Of a stretch of DNA of 64,000 bases, positions 18,017 through 27,881 are shown one piece after another. The stretch comes from a virus. Location of the stretch: IMG/VR virus record IMGVR_UViG_3300030202_003496, positions 10,781-74,780 of that record. One strand, given 5' to 3'. Position 1 is the stretch's first letter; the number at the start of each line of letters is the position of its first letter. The position numbers and the translations under genes are program-made. A model generated the notes under the pieces. The model searched no databases. It saw nothing but the letters and a program-made list of their open reading frames with translations, and had not been told where the DNA came from.

Positions 18017-18211
18017 ATGAACGATTTAATTATTAAAGCAATTATTGCAAAAGCAAACGCACAAGAGGCTGAAGCAAAAGCGAACTTGGCAAATTATATG
18101 TCAAATTCTGTAGGTGTTGGAGAACACCCAGGTGTTGTTGAAGAGTGTGAAAAATTAGTAAAACAAATCGCTGAAGCAAGAGAATTAAGAGAAACAGCAG
18201 AATCACTATAA
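18017..18211 (+). CDS. Small hypothetical phage protein
   Basis: 'VGVGEHP' motif; AGGAG RBS. Confidence 0.75.
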   Translation: MNDLIIKAIIAKANAQEAEAKANLANYMSNSVGVGEHPGVVEECEKLVKQIAEARELRETAESL

Positions 18212-18223
18212 GGAGAAAAGGTT

Positions 18224-18421
18224 ATGGATATGTATTATTTAGCAAGAGTAAAAGTTGCAACAGATAATGGTAAAAAAGTTACGTGGAAAAAAGAAGCGTA
18301 TCTTGTAAGTGCAGTATCAGTTACTGATGCAGAAGTAAAAGTTAATGAAGAGTTTGCAAATGACTCAATTGATTTTGAAGTTGTAGAAGTTAAAAAATCT
18401 GATGTGATTAAGGTGTTGTAA
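18224..18421 (+). CDS. Small protein, DUF4494-like
   Basis: 'E.YLV.A.S.T.AE..V' pattern; AGGAG RBS. Confidence 0.55.
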   Translation: MDMYYLARVKVATDNGKKVTWKKEAYLVSAVSVTDAEVKVNEEFANDSIDFEVVEVKKSDVIKVL

Positions 18422-18562
18422 TATACACCTTTGTTCTGTGATAAAAGGCCACCTTCCCGTGGTACAGAATGTTAAGAGCTAAAAATCCTCACTACTATTA
18501 ACGATTTATTTAGCCAACCAAGAGCCTTTTTTTTATTACTAACGTGATATTTATATATGATT

Positions 18563-19069
18563 AACGTACTAAGTGGGCGCTAATCATTAAAAATTATTTA
18601 AGGAGATTTATTATGACAAGACAATTACTAGGTGAGAGACTCCTCTCGACCGATTTATTATTCAAAAACTTTTTCGATACAAACGTAGGATTTGGTTCTT
18701 TTATGGAAGCAAAACCTGATTATCCGGTAGATGTATTTACTAAAAACGATACACTCTGCTTTGATATCGCTTGTGTCGGACTAGAGAAAAGCGACATTAT
18801 GGTATCTGTCGAAGGCAACACTTTGAAGGTTGCTTATAAGAAACCAAACATAGAATCAAATCCATCAGATGAAGAAGCTCCAGTATTTATGCATAGAGGT
18901 ATAGCAAGAAGGAGTTTTGATATGGGATGGAAAGTAAGTCCGGACTATGATTTAAGACAGCTGGACGCAACAATGAGAAATGGTTTATTACAAATCACGG
19001 TTCCAAAATCAGAAAAAGCGAAAGCTAAGGTTATAACAATAAAATAAAAAAAAGCCCACTTAGTACGTT
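18563..19069. repeat. Perfect 16-bp inverted repeat flanking hsp20
   Basis: AACGTACTAAGTGGGC (18563-18578) and GCCCACTTAGTACGTT (19054-19069). Confidence 0.92.
18613..19047 (+). CDS. Small heat shock protein Hsp20
   Basis: YPVD..., HRGIARRSF, ATMRNGLLQITVPK alpha-crystallin motif. Confidence 0.9.
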   Translation: MTRQLLGERLLSTDLLFKNFFDTNVGFGSFMEAKPDYPVDVFTKNDTLCFDIACVGLEKSDIMVSVEGNTLKVAYKKPNIESNPSDEEAPVFMHRGIARRSFDMGWKVSPDYDLRQLDATMRNGLLQITVPKSEKAKAKVITIK

Positions 19070-19080
19070 TTTTATTTTAT

Positions 19081-19104
19081 TATGTCCGAAAAATTTGTTA
19101 TATT
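19081..19104 (+). promoter_or_regulatory. 24-bp promoter-like motif
   Basis: TATGTCCGAAAAATTTGTTATATT, 6 nt before ATG 19111. Confidence 0.7.
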
Positions 19105-19110
19105 ATATAT

Positions 19111-20157
19111 ATGAAACAAAATTATATAGACATTCTAAAAAGTCTTAAAGAGGAAGATACTTTAAGTCAAAATCCTAATGACAGGATTTTATTGATTGAC
19201 GGATTGAATACTTTTATTAGAGCATTCGCTGTCAATCCAAGTACTAATGACGATGGTATACATATTGGAGGGATGACGGGTTTTCTGCAATCTATTGGTT
19301 ATGCAATTAAAAACATCAAACCAACTAGGGTAATTATTTGTTTTGATGGAAAAGGTGGTTCTAGTAAAAGGCGAAAACTCTTCCCGGAGTATAAGGCAAA
19401 CAGAAAAGTTAGAAAGCGGTTAACCCGTCTAAGCTCCTTCAATAATCAAGAAGATGAACGTATATCTATGAGTCAACAAATAAGTAGACTTGTACAATAT
19501 CTTGACCAATTACCTGTTACTGTTCTTGCACCAGAAAATATAGAAGCTGATGATGCAATGGCTTATATTTCTCAACAAGTATATCCTAAAAGTCAATTCT
19601 ATATAATGTCAACAGACAAAGATTTTTTACAATTGGTAGATAATCGAATTCAAGTTTGGTCACCTACAAAAAAGAAATATTATTTCAAAGATACAGTGCA
19701 AGAAGATTTTGATATACCTGCTCATAATTTTTTATTATATAGAACAATGAAAGGTGATTTATCAGATAATATACCAGGTATAAAAGGTGTAGGTGTAAAG
19801 ACATTGGCAAAAAAATTACCAATACTGTTTGAGGATAAAAAAATTACAATTGACCAATTGATTGACCATGTAAAAAATTTAGATGATGATTCTAAAATAA
19901 TTACAAATATAAAAAATAGCGAGGACATGATTCGCTTAAATTATGATTTAATGCAACTATCAAATGTAGATATAAATGGAAGCGTTAAATCACTTATTAT
20001 AGACACAGTTAAAAAACCAGTTAATAGATTGGTTAAATATAAATTTCAAAAAATGATGTTAGAAGACAAATTAAATTCTGCAATTAAAAATCCAGATTTT
20101 TGGCTAAAACAATGCTTCTCACATTTAGATGTAATGGCGGGTAAAACAAATGAGTGA
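19111..20157 (+). CDS. 5'-3' exonuclease / flap endonuclease (PolI N-terminal, T4 RNase H-like)
   Basis: LLIDG, FDGKG, YKANR, EADD, STDKDFLQL, GDLSDNIPGIKGVG.KT. Confidence 0.92.
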   Translation: MKQNYIDILKSLKEEDTLSQNPNDRILLIDGLNTFIRAFAVNPSTNDDGIHIGGMTGFLQSIGYAIKNIKPTRVIICFDGKGGSSKRRKLFPEYKANRKVRKRLTRLSSFNNQEDERISMSQQISRLVQYLDQLPVTVLAPENIEADDAMAYISQQVYPKSQFYIMSTDKDFLQLVDNRIQVWSPTKKKYYFKDTVQEDFDIPAHNFLLYRTMKGDLSDNIPGIKGVGVKTLAKKLPILFEDKKITIDQLIDHVKNLDDDSKIITNIKNSEDMIRLNYDLMQLSNVDINGSVKSLIIDTVKKPVNRLVKYKFQKMMLEDKLNSAIKNPDFWLKQCFSHLDVMAGKTNE

Positions 20158-21502
20158 TAGATTAAGTGAGTTCGGTTATTCTTTTCAGATTAAAATTATA
20201 ACATGTCTGTTAAAGAATAAAGAATTTTTGCAGCAGATAAACGATATTCTTGAAGATTCGTATTTTGAAAATGAATCAAACCAATTTTTGGTATCTACAA
20301 TAAAAGATTATTTTAGAGAATATAAATCACAACCTACAGCAGAAGTACTAAAAGTAAAGATATCTGAAATAACAGATGATGTATTAAAAAAGAGTGTTGT
20401 GTCAAATGTTAAAGATGCCTTTAGACATCTTGATGCTCCAGATTTAGATTTTGTAATGGAGCAAACTCTTGATTTTTGTAAAAACAAAGTATTGAAAAAC
20501 GCTATCATGGATTCTGTTGAACTTTTAGGCGCAGGTAAATATGACGCAATAAAAACTAAAATAGACAAAGCGATGACAGCAGGAGCAGAAAGAAATGTAG
20601 GTCATGAATATGTAGAGTCTGTAGAAGATAGATACAATCAAGCAACGCGGCATGTACAAAATACAGGTTGGGATGTTATTGATAATCTTATGGATGGCGG
20701 TTTAGGAAAAGGAGAGTTAGGTGTTGTTGTTGCACCAGCTGGTATTGGTAAGTCTTTTCTACTTGTTAATTTAGGTGCAAATGTAATTAAAAAAGGAAAA
20801 AATGTTTTACATTATACACTGGAATTAAATGAAGCCTATGTAGGATTAAGATATGATTCAGTTATAACAGGTATTGCAAATCAAGAATTAAAATATAATA
20901 TAGATACAGTAAAAGAAACTGTCGAAAAAATATCAGGTAATCTTGTCATTAAATACTATCCAACAAAAACAGCTGCGATATCTACAATTGCTTCTCATGT
21001 TGAAAGATATAGAATACTAGGTAAAGAACCTGACATGATAATTGTTGACTATGCAGATTTATTACGAGGTTCTGGAGGAGGACATAAAGATTATAGACTT
21101 GAGCTAGGTAATATATATGAAGAGTTAAGAGGTTTAGCTGGACAGTTAGATGTACCTGTTTGGACAGCATCACAAGCAAATAGGTCTGCGCTACAAGAAG
21201 ATGTAATCCAAGCAGATAAAATTGCAGAATCATATTCTAAAATTATGACAGCAGATTTTGTTATGTCTTTAAGTAGAAAGATTGAGGACAAGGTTGGTGG
21301 AACAGGTAGAATACATGTTATTAAAAACAGGTTCGGTCCTGACGGTATAACATTCCCTAGCCAAATAAATACAAATAACGGAAGCTTTGAAATTTTTGAT
21401 GAGAAGTCTGTAAAAGGTGCAGAGCTAAAAGGACAGATGGCAAATCATCAAGAATATTTAAGAAAAGAAATGAAGAAAAGATTTGAAGAATTAGATGACT
21501 AG
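20150..21502 (+). CDS. Replicative DNA helicase (DnaB / T4 gp41-like)
   Basis: APAGIGKS, YTLEL, IIVDYADL, WTASQANR, KNRFG. Confidence 0.9.
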   Translation: MSDRLSEFGYSFQIKIITCLLKNKEFLQQINDILEDSYFENESNQFLVSTIKDYFREYKSQPTAEVLKVKISEITDDVLKKSVVSNVKDAFRHLDAPDLDFVMEQTLDFCKNKVLKNAIMDSVELLGAGKYDAIKTKIDKAMTAGAERNVGHEYVESVEDRYNQATRHVQNTGWDVIDNLMDGGLGKGELGVVVAPAGIGKSFLLVNLGANVIKKGKNVLHYTLELNEAYVGLRYDSVITGIANQELKYNIDTVKETVEKISGNLVIKYYPTKTAAISTIASHVERYRILGKEPDMIIVDYADLLRGSGGGHKDYRLELGNIYEELRGLAGQLDVPVWTASQANRSALQEDVIQADKIAESYSKIMTADFVMSLSRKIEDKVGGTGRIHVIKNRFGPDGITFPSQINTNNGSFEIFDEKSVKGAELKGQMANHQEYLRKEMKKRFEELDD

Positions 21503-21518
21503 GATATTTATACTAGTA

Positions 21519-21548
21519 GCCAGCCTAATTCAGGTTGGCAATTTTTTT
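21519..21548 (+). terminator. Hairpin plus T-run between helicase and RNR genes (terminator or 5' stabilising hairpin)
   Basis: GCCAGCCT-AATTC-AGGTTGGC then AATTTTTTT; a TATTTATA motif lies just upstream at 21505. Confidence 0.55.
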
Positions 21549-21579
21549 CAAAAATAAAACGAAATAAAGGAAGAGCAAA

Positions 21580-23439
21580 ATGGAGATATCAAATCAAATA
21601 TTATCAGAAATCACTGTTTATATGAAGTACGCAAAATTCGTACCAGAATTGAATAGACGAGAGAGTTGGGAAGAGTTAGTGACAAGAAATAAAGAAATGC
21701 ACCAAAAGAAATTTCCTATGTTGAAAGACGAAATAGAGGAAAAATATAAATTGGTATATGATAAAAAGGTATTACCTTCAATGCGTAGTTTACAATTTGG
21801 CGGTAAGCCGATTGAAATATCTCCAAATAGAATTTATAATTGCGCTTATCTTCCTATTGATTCAGTCGATGCTTTTAGCGAAACAATGTTTTTATTACTA
21901 GGTGGTACTGGTGTAGGTTATTCTGTACAAAGGCACCACGTAAATAAATTGCCAATGATTCAAAAACCATATCCAAAAAGAAAGCGTAGATTTTTAATTG
22001 GAGATAGTATAGAAGGTTGGGCTGATGCAATTAAAGTTCTTATGAAATCTTATATGAATGGTGGTGGAAGCAGAATCGAATTTGATTATTCAGATGTTAG
22101 GCCTAAAGGTGCTATGTTAGTAACGTCAGGTGGTAAAGCTCCAGGACCTCAACCATTAAAAGAATGTATATTAAAGGTTAAAGGTATATTGGACACCAAA
22201 GAAACTGGTGATAGACTAACGACATTAGAAGCTCATGATATTGTTTGCCATATTGCAGATGCAGTTCTTGCTGGTGGTATTAGACGTGCAGCACTTATTA
22301 GTTTATTCAATGCTGATGACGATGAGATGATTGCTTGTAAATCAGGTAACTGGTGGGAAACAAACCCACAACGTGGACGTGCTAATAATTCAGCTTGTTT
22401 AATGCGTCATAAAATTACTAAAGACTTTTTTATGGATTTATGGAAAAGAGTAGAATTGTCTGGTGCAGGTGAACCTGGTATATATCTAAACAATGATAAA
22501 GATTGGGGAACAAACCCTTGCTGCGAAATAGCTTTAAGACCAAATCAGTTCTGTAATCTTTGTGAAGTAAATGTAAGTAATATAGAAGACCAAAATGACT
22601 TAAATGAAAGGGTAAAGGCAGCTGCATTTATTGGTACACTACAGGCTGGATATACAGACTTCCATTATCTTAGAGATGTATGGAAAGAGACTACAGAAAA
22701 AGATGCATTGATTGGTGTTTCAATGACAGGTATAGGTTCAGGTGTGGTACTTGGATATGATATGAAAAAAGCTGCTAGTTTAGTTAAAAGAGAAAATACT
22801 CGAGTTGCTAAAATTATAGGAATCAATAAATCTGCAAGGACAACAACTGTAAAACCTGCAGGTACTACAAGTTTAGTTTTAGGTACAAGTTCAGGTATTC
22901 ACGCGTGGCATAATGATTATTATATTAGACGTATACGAGTTGGTAAAAACGAGTCAATATATAATTACCTAAAAATAAACCATCCAGATTTAGTTGAAGA
23001 TGAATACTTCAGACCTCATGATACAGCAGTTATTCAAGTACCTCAAAAGGCGCCTGAAGGTTCTATTTTAAGAACAGAATCTCCTTTTAATACATTGGAA
23101 AGAGTCAAAAAGGTTGCAACTGAATGGGTAACTCCAGGTCACAGAGCAGGTTCTAATACTCACAATGTCTCTGCTACAATATCATTAAAGCAAGATGAGT
23201 GGGAATTGGCTGGTGAATGGATGTGGACTAACAGAAATCATTATAATGGCTTGTCCGTATTACCTTATGATGGTGGTACATATACACAAGCACCATTTGA
23301 AGATATTACAAAAGAAAAATATGAAGAAATGATGAAGTCACTTGCTGAAGTTGACTTGTCCAATGTTGTTGAAATAGAAGACAACACAAATTTATCAGGT
23401 GAATTGGCTTGCGCAGGAGGCTCTTGTGAAATACAATAA
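21580..23439 (+). CDS. nrdJ: Class II (adenosylcobalamin-dependent) ribonucleotide reductase
   Basis: PSMR, NCAY, GTGVG, TNPCCEI, CNLCE, VKPAGT, C-terminal CAGGSCE; no beta subunit gene nearby. Confidence 0.88.
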   Translation: MEISNQILSEITVYMKYAKFVPELNRRESWEELVTRNKEMHQKKFPMLKDEIEEKYKLVYDKKVLPSMRSLQFGGKPIEISPNRIYNCAYLPIDSVDAFSETMFLLLGGTGVGYSVQRHHVNKLPMIQKPYPKRKRRFLIGDSIEGWADAIKVLMKSYMNGGGSRIEFDYSDVRPKGAMLVTSGGKAPGPQPLKECILKVKGILDTKETGDRLTTLEAHDIVCHIADAVLAGGIRRAALISLFNADDDEMIACKSGNWWETNPQRGRANNSACLMRHKITKDFFMDLWKRVELSGAGEPGIYLNNDKDWGTNPCCEIALRPNQFCNLCEVNVSNIEDQNDLNERVKAAAFIGTLQAGYTDFHYLRDVWKETTEKDALIGVSMTGIGSGVVLGYDMKKAASLVKRENTRVAKIIGINKSARTTTVKPAGTTSLVLGTSSGIHAWHNDYYIRRIRVGKNESIYNYLKINHPDLVEDEYFRPHDTAVIQVPQKAPEGSILRTESPFNTLERVKKVATEWVTPGHRAGSNTHNVSATISLKQDEWELAGEWMWTNRNHYNGLSVLPYDGGTYTQAPFEDITKEKYEEMMKSLAEVDLSNVVEIEDNTNLSGELACAGGSCEIQ

Positions 23440-23501
23440 CTGGATAGAGGAGTTATACTACAAAGAATTTTTGGTAAACAAAAATAACAAGGAGTACTCC
23501 G

Positions 23502-23693
23502 ATGGACGTATCCAAATTAAACGAAAAAATTCAAAAGCTAAAGAAGGAAATAAAGGAAATTCAAAATAGCTGTATACATAAAGAACAAGAAATAAAATTT
23601 ACAAAAGGTTATGTTATGAGATGGGTTTGTAAAAAATGTAATTTACCTACAAGATGGCCGTCTGATAAAGAAATGAAAAATTGGTTGAAATAA
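23502..23693 (+). CDS. Small zinc-finger-like hypothetical protein
   Basis: C.H...CKKC; AGGAG RBS. Confidence 0.65.
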   Translation: MDVSKLNEKIQKLKKEIKEIQNSCIHKEQEIKFTKGYVMRWVCKKCNLPTRWPSDKEMKNWLK

Positions 23694-23700
23694 ATTTTTA

Positions 23701-23724
23701 TATGTCAAAAAAATTTGTTATATT
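23701..23724 (+). promoter_or_regulatory. 24-bp promoter-like motif heading the nucleotide-modification cluster
   Basis: TATGTCAAAAAAATTTGTTATATT. Confidence 0.7.
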
Positions 23725-23748
23725 AGTACTAAATAAAGAGGTTACAAA

Positions 23749-24690
23749 ATGAAAGCAGAAAATTATATTTTAGGTGCAGGACCTGCAGGTCTTATTGCAG
23801 CGTATTACTTTGATGATTTTAAGGTAATAGACAAAAAGCCTTTGGGCCAATTAAATCTACCTTTTATACCAGGACCAAGATTATTACAAGCAACAGAAAA
23901 TATGAAAGAGTTTGTAAAATCTATATGTCCGGACTTAGAATTAAAGGAAGAGATTGCAATAATAGGTTTTCATGAAGACGGAAATGTTACTGACACTCCT
24001 TCTAAAAACTTCAAAGCAAATTATGCAATGAAAACTAGAGGTAAAAATAAATCTGAATCAAGTTTTATGTCAGAAGGTATGACAGAAATCAAGCATATAG
24101 AAATTGCAGACTATGGAGAAGATAGCTACAAATTTTTATTTGAAAGTTTATTAAAAATAATTAAAGACCGAGGTCAGTTAATAGAAACAAGCGTAGAAAA
24201 TATCGATGTATTTGGAAGAAAAATGCATCTTGAAAACGGAGATGTGTTGGAGTATTGGAACTTGATATCTACACTTAATGTTAACCTGTTAAAAAAACTA
24301 TGTCCTAATATGAAAGACATGCCTCATGACCTGTCAACGTCACCTAAATGTTTTTACAAAACAGAATATAACGAAGATTTAGATTCTATGATGTCGACAA
24401 AAAAACATCCTTCTCTTTGGTTTGACTATGTATATTCTATAGGCACTGATTGGACACGTCAAACATTTTTTAGAGATTATATTGTATATGAATCAGTAAA
24501 TCCTATAGAAGGTACTCATATTCAAGGCAATAAAATACTTATGAAGTTTGAAAATCTTCCCATACAAATAAAAGAAAGTTTAAGATTTGAAACAATAGAT
24601 GGAATCAAAATGCTAGGAAGATTTGCAGAATGGGACCATCAAGTAAAAGCAAATGAAGTTTTAGATAAAGTGAAGTCATGGATAAATTAA
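23749..24690 (+). CDS. FAD-dependent oxidoreductase, UDP-galactopyranose-mutase-like
   Basis: N-terminal ILGAGPAGL dinucleotide motif; C-terminal LGRFAEW. Confidence 0.6.
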   Translation: MKAENYILGAGPAGLIAAYYFDDFKVIDKKPLGQLNLPFIPGPRLLQATENMKEFVKSICPDLELKEEIAIIGFHEDGNVTDTPSKNFKANYAMKTRGKNKSESSFMSEGMTEIKHIEIADYGEDSYKFLFESLLKIIKDRGQLIETSVENIDVFGRKMHLENGDVLEYWNLISTLNVNLLKKLCPNMKDMPHDLSTSPKCFYKTEYNEDLDSMMSTKKHPSLWFDYVYSIGTDWTRQTFFRDYIVYESVNPIEGTHIQGNKILMKFENLPIQIKESLRFETIDGIKMLGRFAEWDHQVKANEVLDKVKSWIN

Positions 24691-25637
24691 AAGAAATATT
24701 TGAAATACAAAAACAGTTTACCGAAAAGTTTTTCGAAAAACAAGGTTTAACCGTAAATGAAGTCCTTAATAACAAGGAGCTTAAAGTAAAGTGGAACAAA
24801 GAGTACGTTCTGGCGCTGTCTAAAGAGGTGTATGAAGTATTAGATGAGATTGATTGGAAAATGCATACATCTAAAAATACTGAAGATATAAACGACAATG
24901 TATTAGAAGAATGCGTTGATGTATTAAAATATCTATTTGGAATTGTACAGCTTAATGGATTTGACGTAAATGATTTATATGAAAAATTTGTAGATAAATC
25001 AAAAGTTGTAGAAGCTAAATTTAATCAGGAAGAAGTAATGGCTAAAATTAAAGCTTCAGATAAGAAAATAGCTTTTATAGATATCGATGGTGTTCTTGCA
25101 GACTGGCCAGGTGGATTTTTGAAATGGGCAGGATATGATTCTCTTGCTCAATTCAAAAGTCAGGTTGATAAAAAGGAACAATACAGAATAAAATCTGAAT
25201 ATAGAACATGTGGCATAAAAGGCAAGCTTGATGTATTACACGGCGCAAGGACTTTTATGCAAGAGACTTGTAAAAATTATAATGTTGTATTACTTACAGC
25301 AAGGCCATATAAAAAATACTTTAGAATATATTCTGACACTCTAAGATGGTTAAAGGAAAATGACATTTGCTATGATGCAATTGTATTTGATGAAGAAAAA
25401 GAAAAATATATTATCAATAATTTTGAACCTGAACAAGTTGCATTTTGTTTAGATGATGATATTGGTAATGCAAATAAATTACACGATAGTGGATTTAAGG
25501 TTTTCTTAAAAAAGAATCTAGGTTTATATACACATGAAATCTTGAATAAAAAATTAAATGAAGGCATACAAATAATTAACGGAAATATATTGGAGATAGT
25601 TTACAATGCAGATACGAATAAAGAAATTACACGATAA
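24678..25637 (+). CDS. All-alpha dNTP pyrophosphatase (MazG / dimeric dUTPase / dCTPase-like) fused to a HAD 5'-nucleotidase-like domain
   Basis: EVYEVLDEIDWKMH...EECVDVLKY, then IDIDGVLAD...LTAR...LDDD. Confidence 0.75.
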   Translation: MDKLKEIFEIQKQFTEKFFEKQGLTVNEVLNNKELKVKWNKEYVLALSKEVYEVLDEIDWKMHTSKNTEDINDNVLEECVDVLKYLFGIVQLNGFDVNDLYEKFVDKSKVVEAKFNQEEVMAKIKASDKKIAFIDIDGVLADWPGGFLKWAGYDSLAQFKSQVDKKEQYRIKSEYRTCGIKGKLDVLHGARTFMQETCKNYNVVLLTARPYKKYFRIYSDTLRWLKENDICYDAIVFDEEKEKYIINNFEPEQVAFCLDDDIGNANKLHDSGFKVFLKKNLGLYTHEILNKKLNEGIQIINGNILEIVYNADTNKEITR

Positions 25638-26028
25638 AGCAGTAATACCATCATACGCTAAACAAGGCGATGCAGGTATGGATTTAACATGTGTAGGTTG
25701 GAAAACAACAGAAACTTATGTAGAATATGATACAGGATTGGCTATGGAAATACCTGAAGGTCATGTCGGATTTTTATTTCCGAGAAGCTCTGTATCTAAA
25801 ACAAATTTGATGCTTGCAAATTGTGTAGGCGTTGTTGACTCTGGATATAGAGGTCCAGTAAAACTTAGATTTAAGGAATTAAATGGTCCTATTGGTGGAA
25901 GATATAAAGAAGGTGATAGGGTAGGTCAGCTTATTATAATGCCTGTACCTAACTTTAATTGTGTAGAGGTAGAAGAATTAACAGAAACAAGTAGAGGAGA
26001 GGGAGGCTTTGGCTCAACAGGAAATTAA
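25606..26028 (+). CDS. dut: Trimeric dUTPase
   Basis: AGMDL, PRSS, GVVDSGYRG, GDRVGQL, RGEGGFGSTG. Confidence 0.95.
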   Translation: MQIRIKKLHDKAVIPSYAKQGDAGMDLTCVGWKTTETYVEYDTGLAMEIPEGHVGFLFPRSSVSKTNLMLANCVGVVDSGYRGPVKLRFKELNGPIGGRYKEGDRVGQLIIMPVPNFNCVEVEELTETSRGEGGFGSTGN

Positions 26029-26401
26029 AATATCGTTTACAAATATAGTAAAATTAACACTTTGTTTTTATGAGAACCCTGCTGCAAAGCAAGAAATAAC
26101 ATTTTGGGAAGGTCTTGTAAAAGATAAAATAAAAACAAAATCTAAAGTCAATGATATATGGAGCTACCATCTTAATGACGAAGAGGGTGATGAAGTTGTC
26201 GTGTGTATTCCAATAGAATTGACAGAAGAATTTAGAGATATATCTAATGTATCTAGACTTGCTGACAGTGAATTTGACAGGCACCAAGTTACCGGCAAGT
26301 TAAAATATGAAAAGACACTAATATTTGGTAGAGTAGAATCTGCACAACTACAATTTATTACAGTAATGATGAACCTAATGAGTAAAGGAAAATGGCGCTA
26401 G
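26009..26401 (+). CDS. Hypothetical protein
   Basis: 130-aa ORF overlapping both neighbours within the operon. Confidence 0.6.
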   Translation: MAQQEIKISFTNIVKLTLCFYENPAAKQEITFWEGLVKDKIKTKSKVNDIWSYHLNDEEGDEVVVCIPIELTEEFRDISNVSRLADSEFDRHQVTGKLKYEKTLIFGRVESAQLQFITVMMNLMSKGKWR

Positions 26402-26820
26402 TAAGAATATTACATATTGATGGTCCGGATAAGACAGGAAAAGATTCTATAAGAAGGCAAGTTGTTAAAAATGGAAAAGGTAATACATTGGTTTATATTA
26501 GGTCTTTTTTATCACAAATAGTATATTCAAGGTTATACAACAGAAAAATAAATGAAAAAGTATTTTTTATGTCATGGGCAGAGGCAATTGTTCGAGGTGA
26601 AGAATTTTATTTTATAGACTGTTCTTATGAATTGGTAAAAGAAAGATTTATAAAACACGATGAAAAAGATTTGGACATCAAAGATTGGAAAGAACATAGA
26701 CGAGTTTTTTATGATGTACTTAAAGAAGCTGAAGAACAATATGATATAGAAGTGATTAGAGTAGATACTACAAAAGACACAATAAAACAATCAGCAAATA
26801 AAATACAAAGGGAATTATGA
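26392..26820 (+). CDS. dNMP kinase (thymidylate-kinase-like)
   Basis: IDGPDKTGKDS P-loop, 'RSFLSQIVY'. Confidence 0.7.
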   Translation: MALVRILHIDGPDKTGKDSIRRQVVKNGKGNTLVYIRSFLSQIVYSRLYNRKINEKVFFMSWAEAIVRGEEFYFIDCSYELVKERFIKHDEKDLDIKDWKEHRRVFYDVLKEAEEQYDIEVIRVDTTKDTIKQSANKIQREL

Positions 26821-27881
26821 GAAAATTATTTATCACAGGCGAAAGTGGTATGCTAGCCACTTCAATAATAAAGGCATTAGAACAATCAGGCCAAGATAGA
26901 TTTGAGGTTATGGATAACTCAGACATTGCAGAATATACAAATGAATTTAGTTATCTTAATGGAAAACTTGTAAAGGCTAAGGAGGTAGATGTTACAGACA
27001 GAAAAGCTCTAAATAAAGTACAAGACAAATTAACAAAAGATGATATTATTATACATACCGCTGCGTATGTAAATACAGATAAATGTGATGACTTTTCTTA
27101 CGAGGCAGTTAACTCAAATATTATTAGTACACAATACTTAATTGATGTAGCAAATGCAGTTGGATGTAAGATGATTTATTTTTCTACAACAGCTGTATTT
27201 GACCCTGATGAATATATGAAAGATAATGGTGTATTTGATGAAACTGCTTCAATAGACCCTAAAACACTTTATGGTCTTTCTAAATATTCTGGAGAACTAG
27301 CTACAAAGCAATCTATAGATTTTGAAAAAATGATGGTAATCAAACCTGTATTTATTTACGGCGATGCGCCATTTGATAATTCTTCTATGATTAGAAAAAT
27401 TACAGAAAAGGTATATTGTGATATGAATAACATACCTTATACTCTTTCACCTCTCAATGAAGATGGAAAGCTTGATGTATTATTGAATCCTGGTATTGAA
27501 AAAGACTATATGAGATATGAATATTTTGCAGATATGTTTTTAGAATTACTTCTTATGGATAATGGTTGGGGTTATGATTTTATTATAAGTAAAGATGCAC
27601 CTATACCATTTGCAGAATATCTATATCTTATAGAAGAAGTTACAGGATGCGATGACTTATCAAACCATATAAATTTAATACCTGAAGGTGATTATCTTGA
27701 AAGACACAATGGAATATCAAAGAATTTTTATAAATTATTCCAGCATTATCAATTACCTGTATCGGCGTATAATAATAAAGAAGGTATAGAAAAAACATAT
27801 AAATCAATAGTTGAGCATTATGAAGAAAATAGTAAAGAAAATAACGAGCCTGTTAGAAAAACAAGACTCTTCCACATATAG
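26817..27881 (+). CDS. NAD-dependent NDP-sugar epimerase/reductase (RmlD-like SDR)
   Basis: ITGESGMLA, IIHTAAY.N.D, STTAVF, YGLSK. Confidence 0.8.
   Translation: MRKLFITGESGMLATSIIKALEQSGQDRFEVMDNSDIAEYTNEFSYLNGKLVKAKEVDVTDRKALNKVQDKLTKDDIIIHTAAYVNTDKCDDFSYEAVNSNIISTQYLIDVANAVGCKMIYFSTTAVFDPDEYMKDNGVFDETASIDPKTLYGLSKYSGELATKQSIDFEKMMVIKPVFIYGDAPFDNSSMIRKITEKVYCDMNNIPYTLSPLNEDGKLDVLLNPGIEKDYMRYEYFADMFLELLLMDNGWGYDFIISKDAPIPFAEYLYLIEEVTGCDDLSNHINLIPEGDYLERHNGISKNFYKLFQHYQLPVSAYNNKEGIEKTYKSIVEHYEENSKENNEPVRKTRLFHI

Noticed and set aside
23426-23569. Possible GTG-start small ORF overlapping the end of nrdJ (MKYNNWIEELYYKEF...)
   Set aside because: It overlaps both nrdJ and the RBS-supported ORF at 23502, so support is insufficient.
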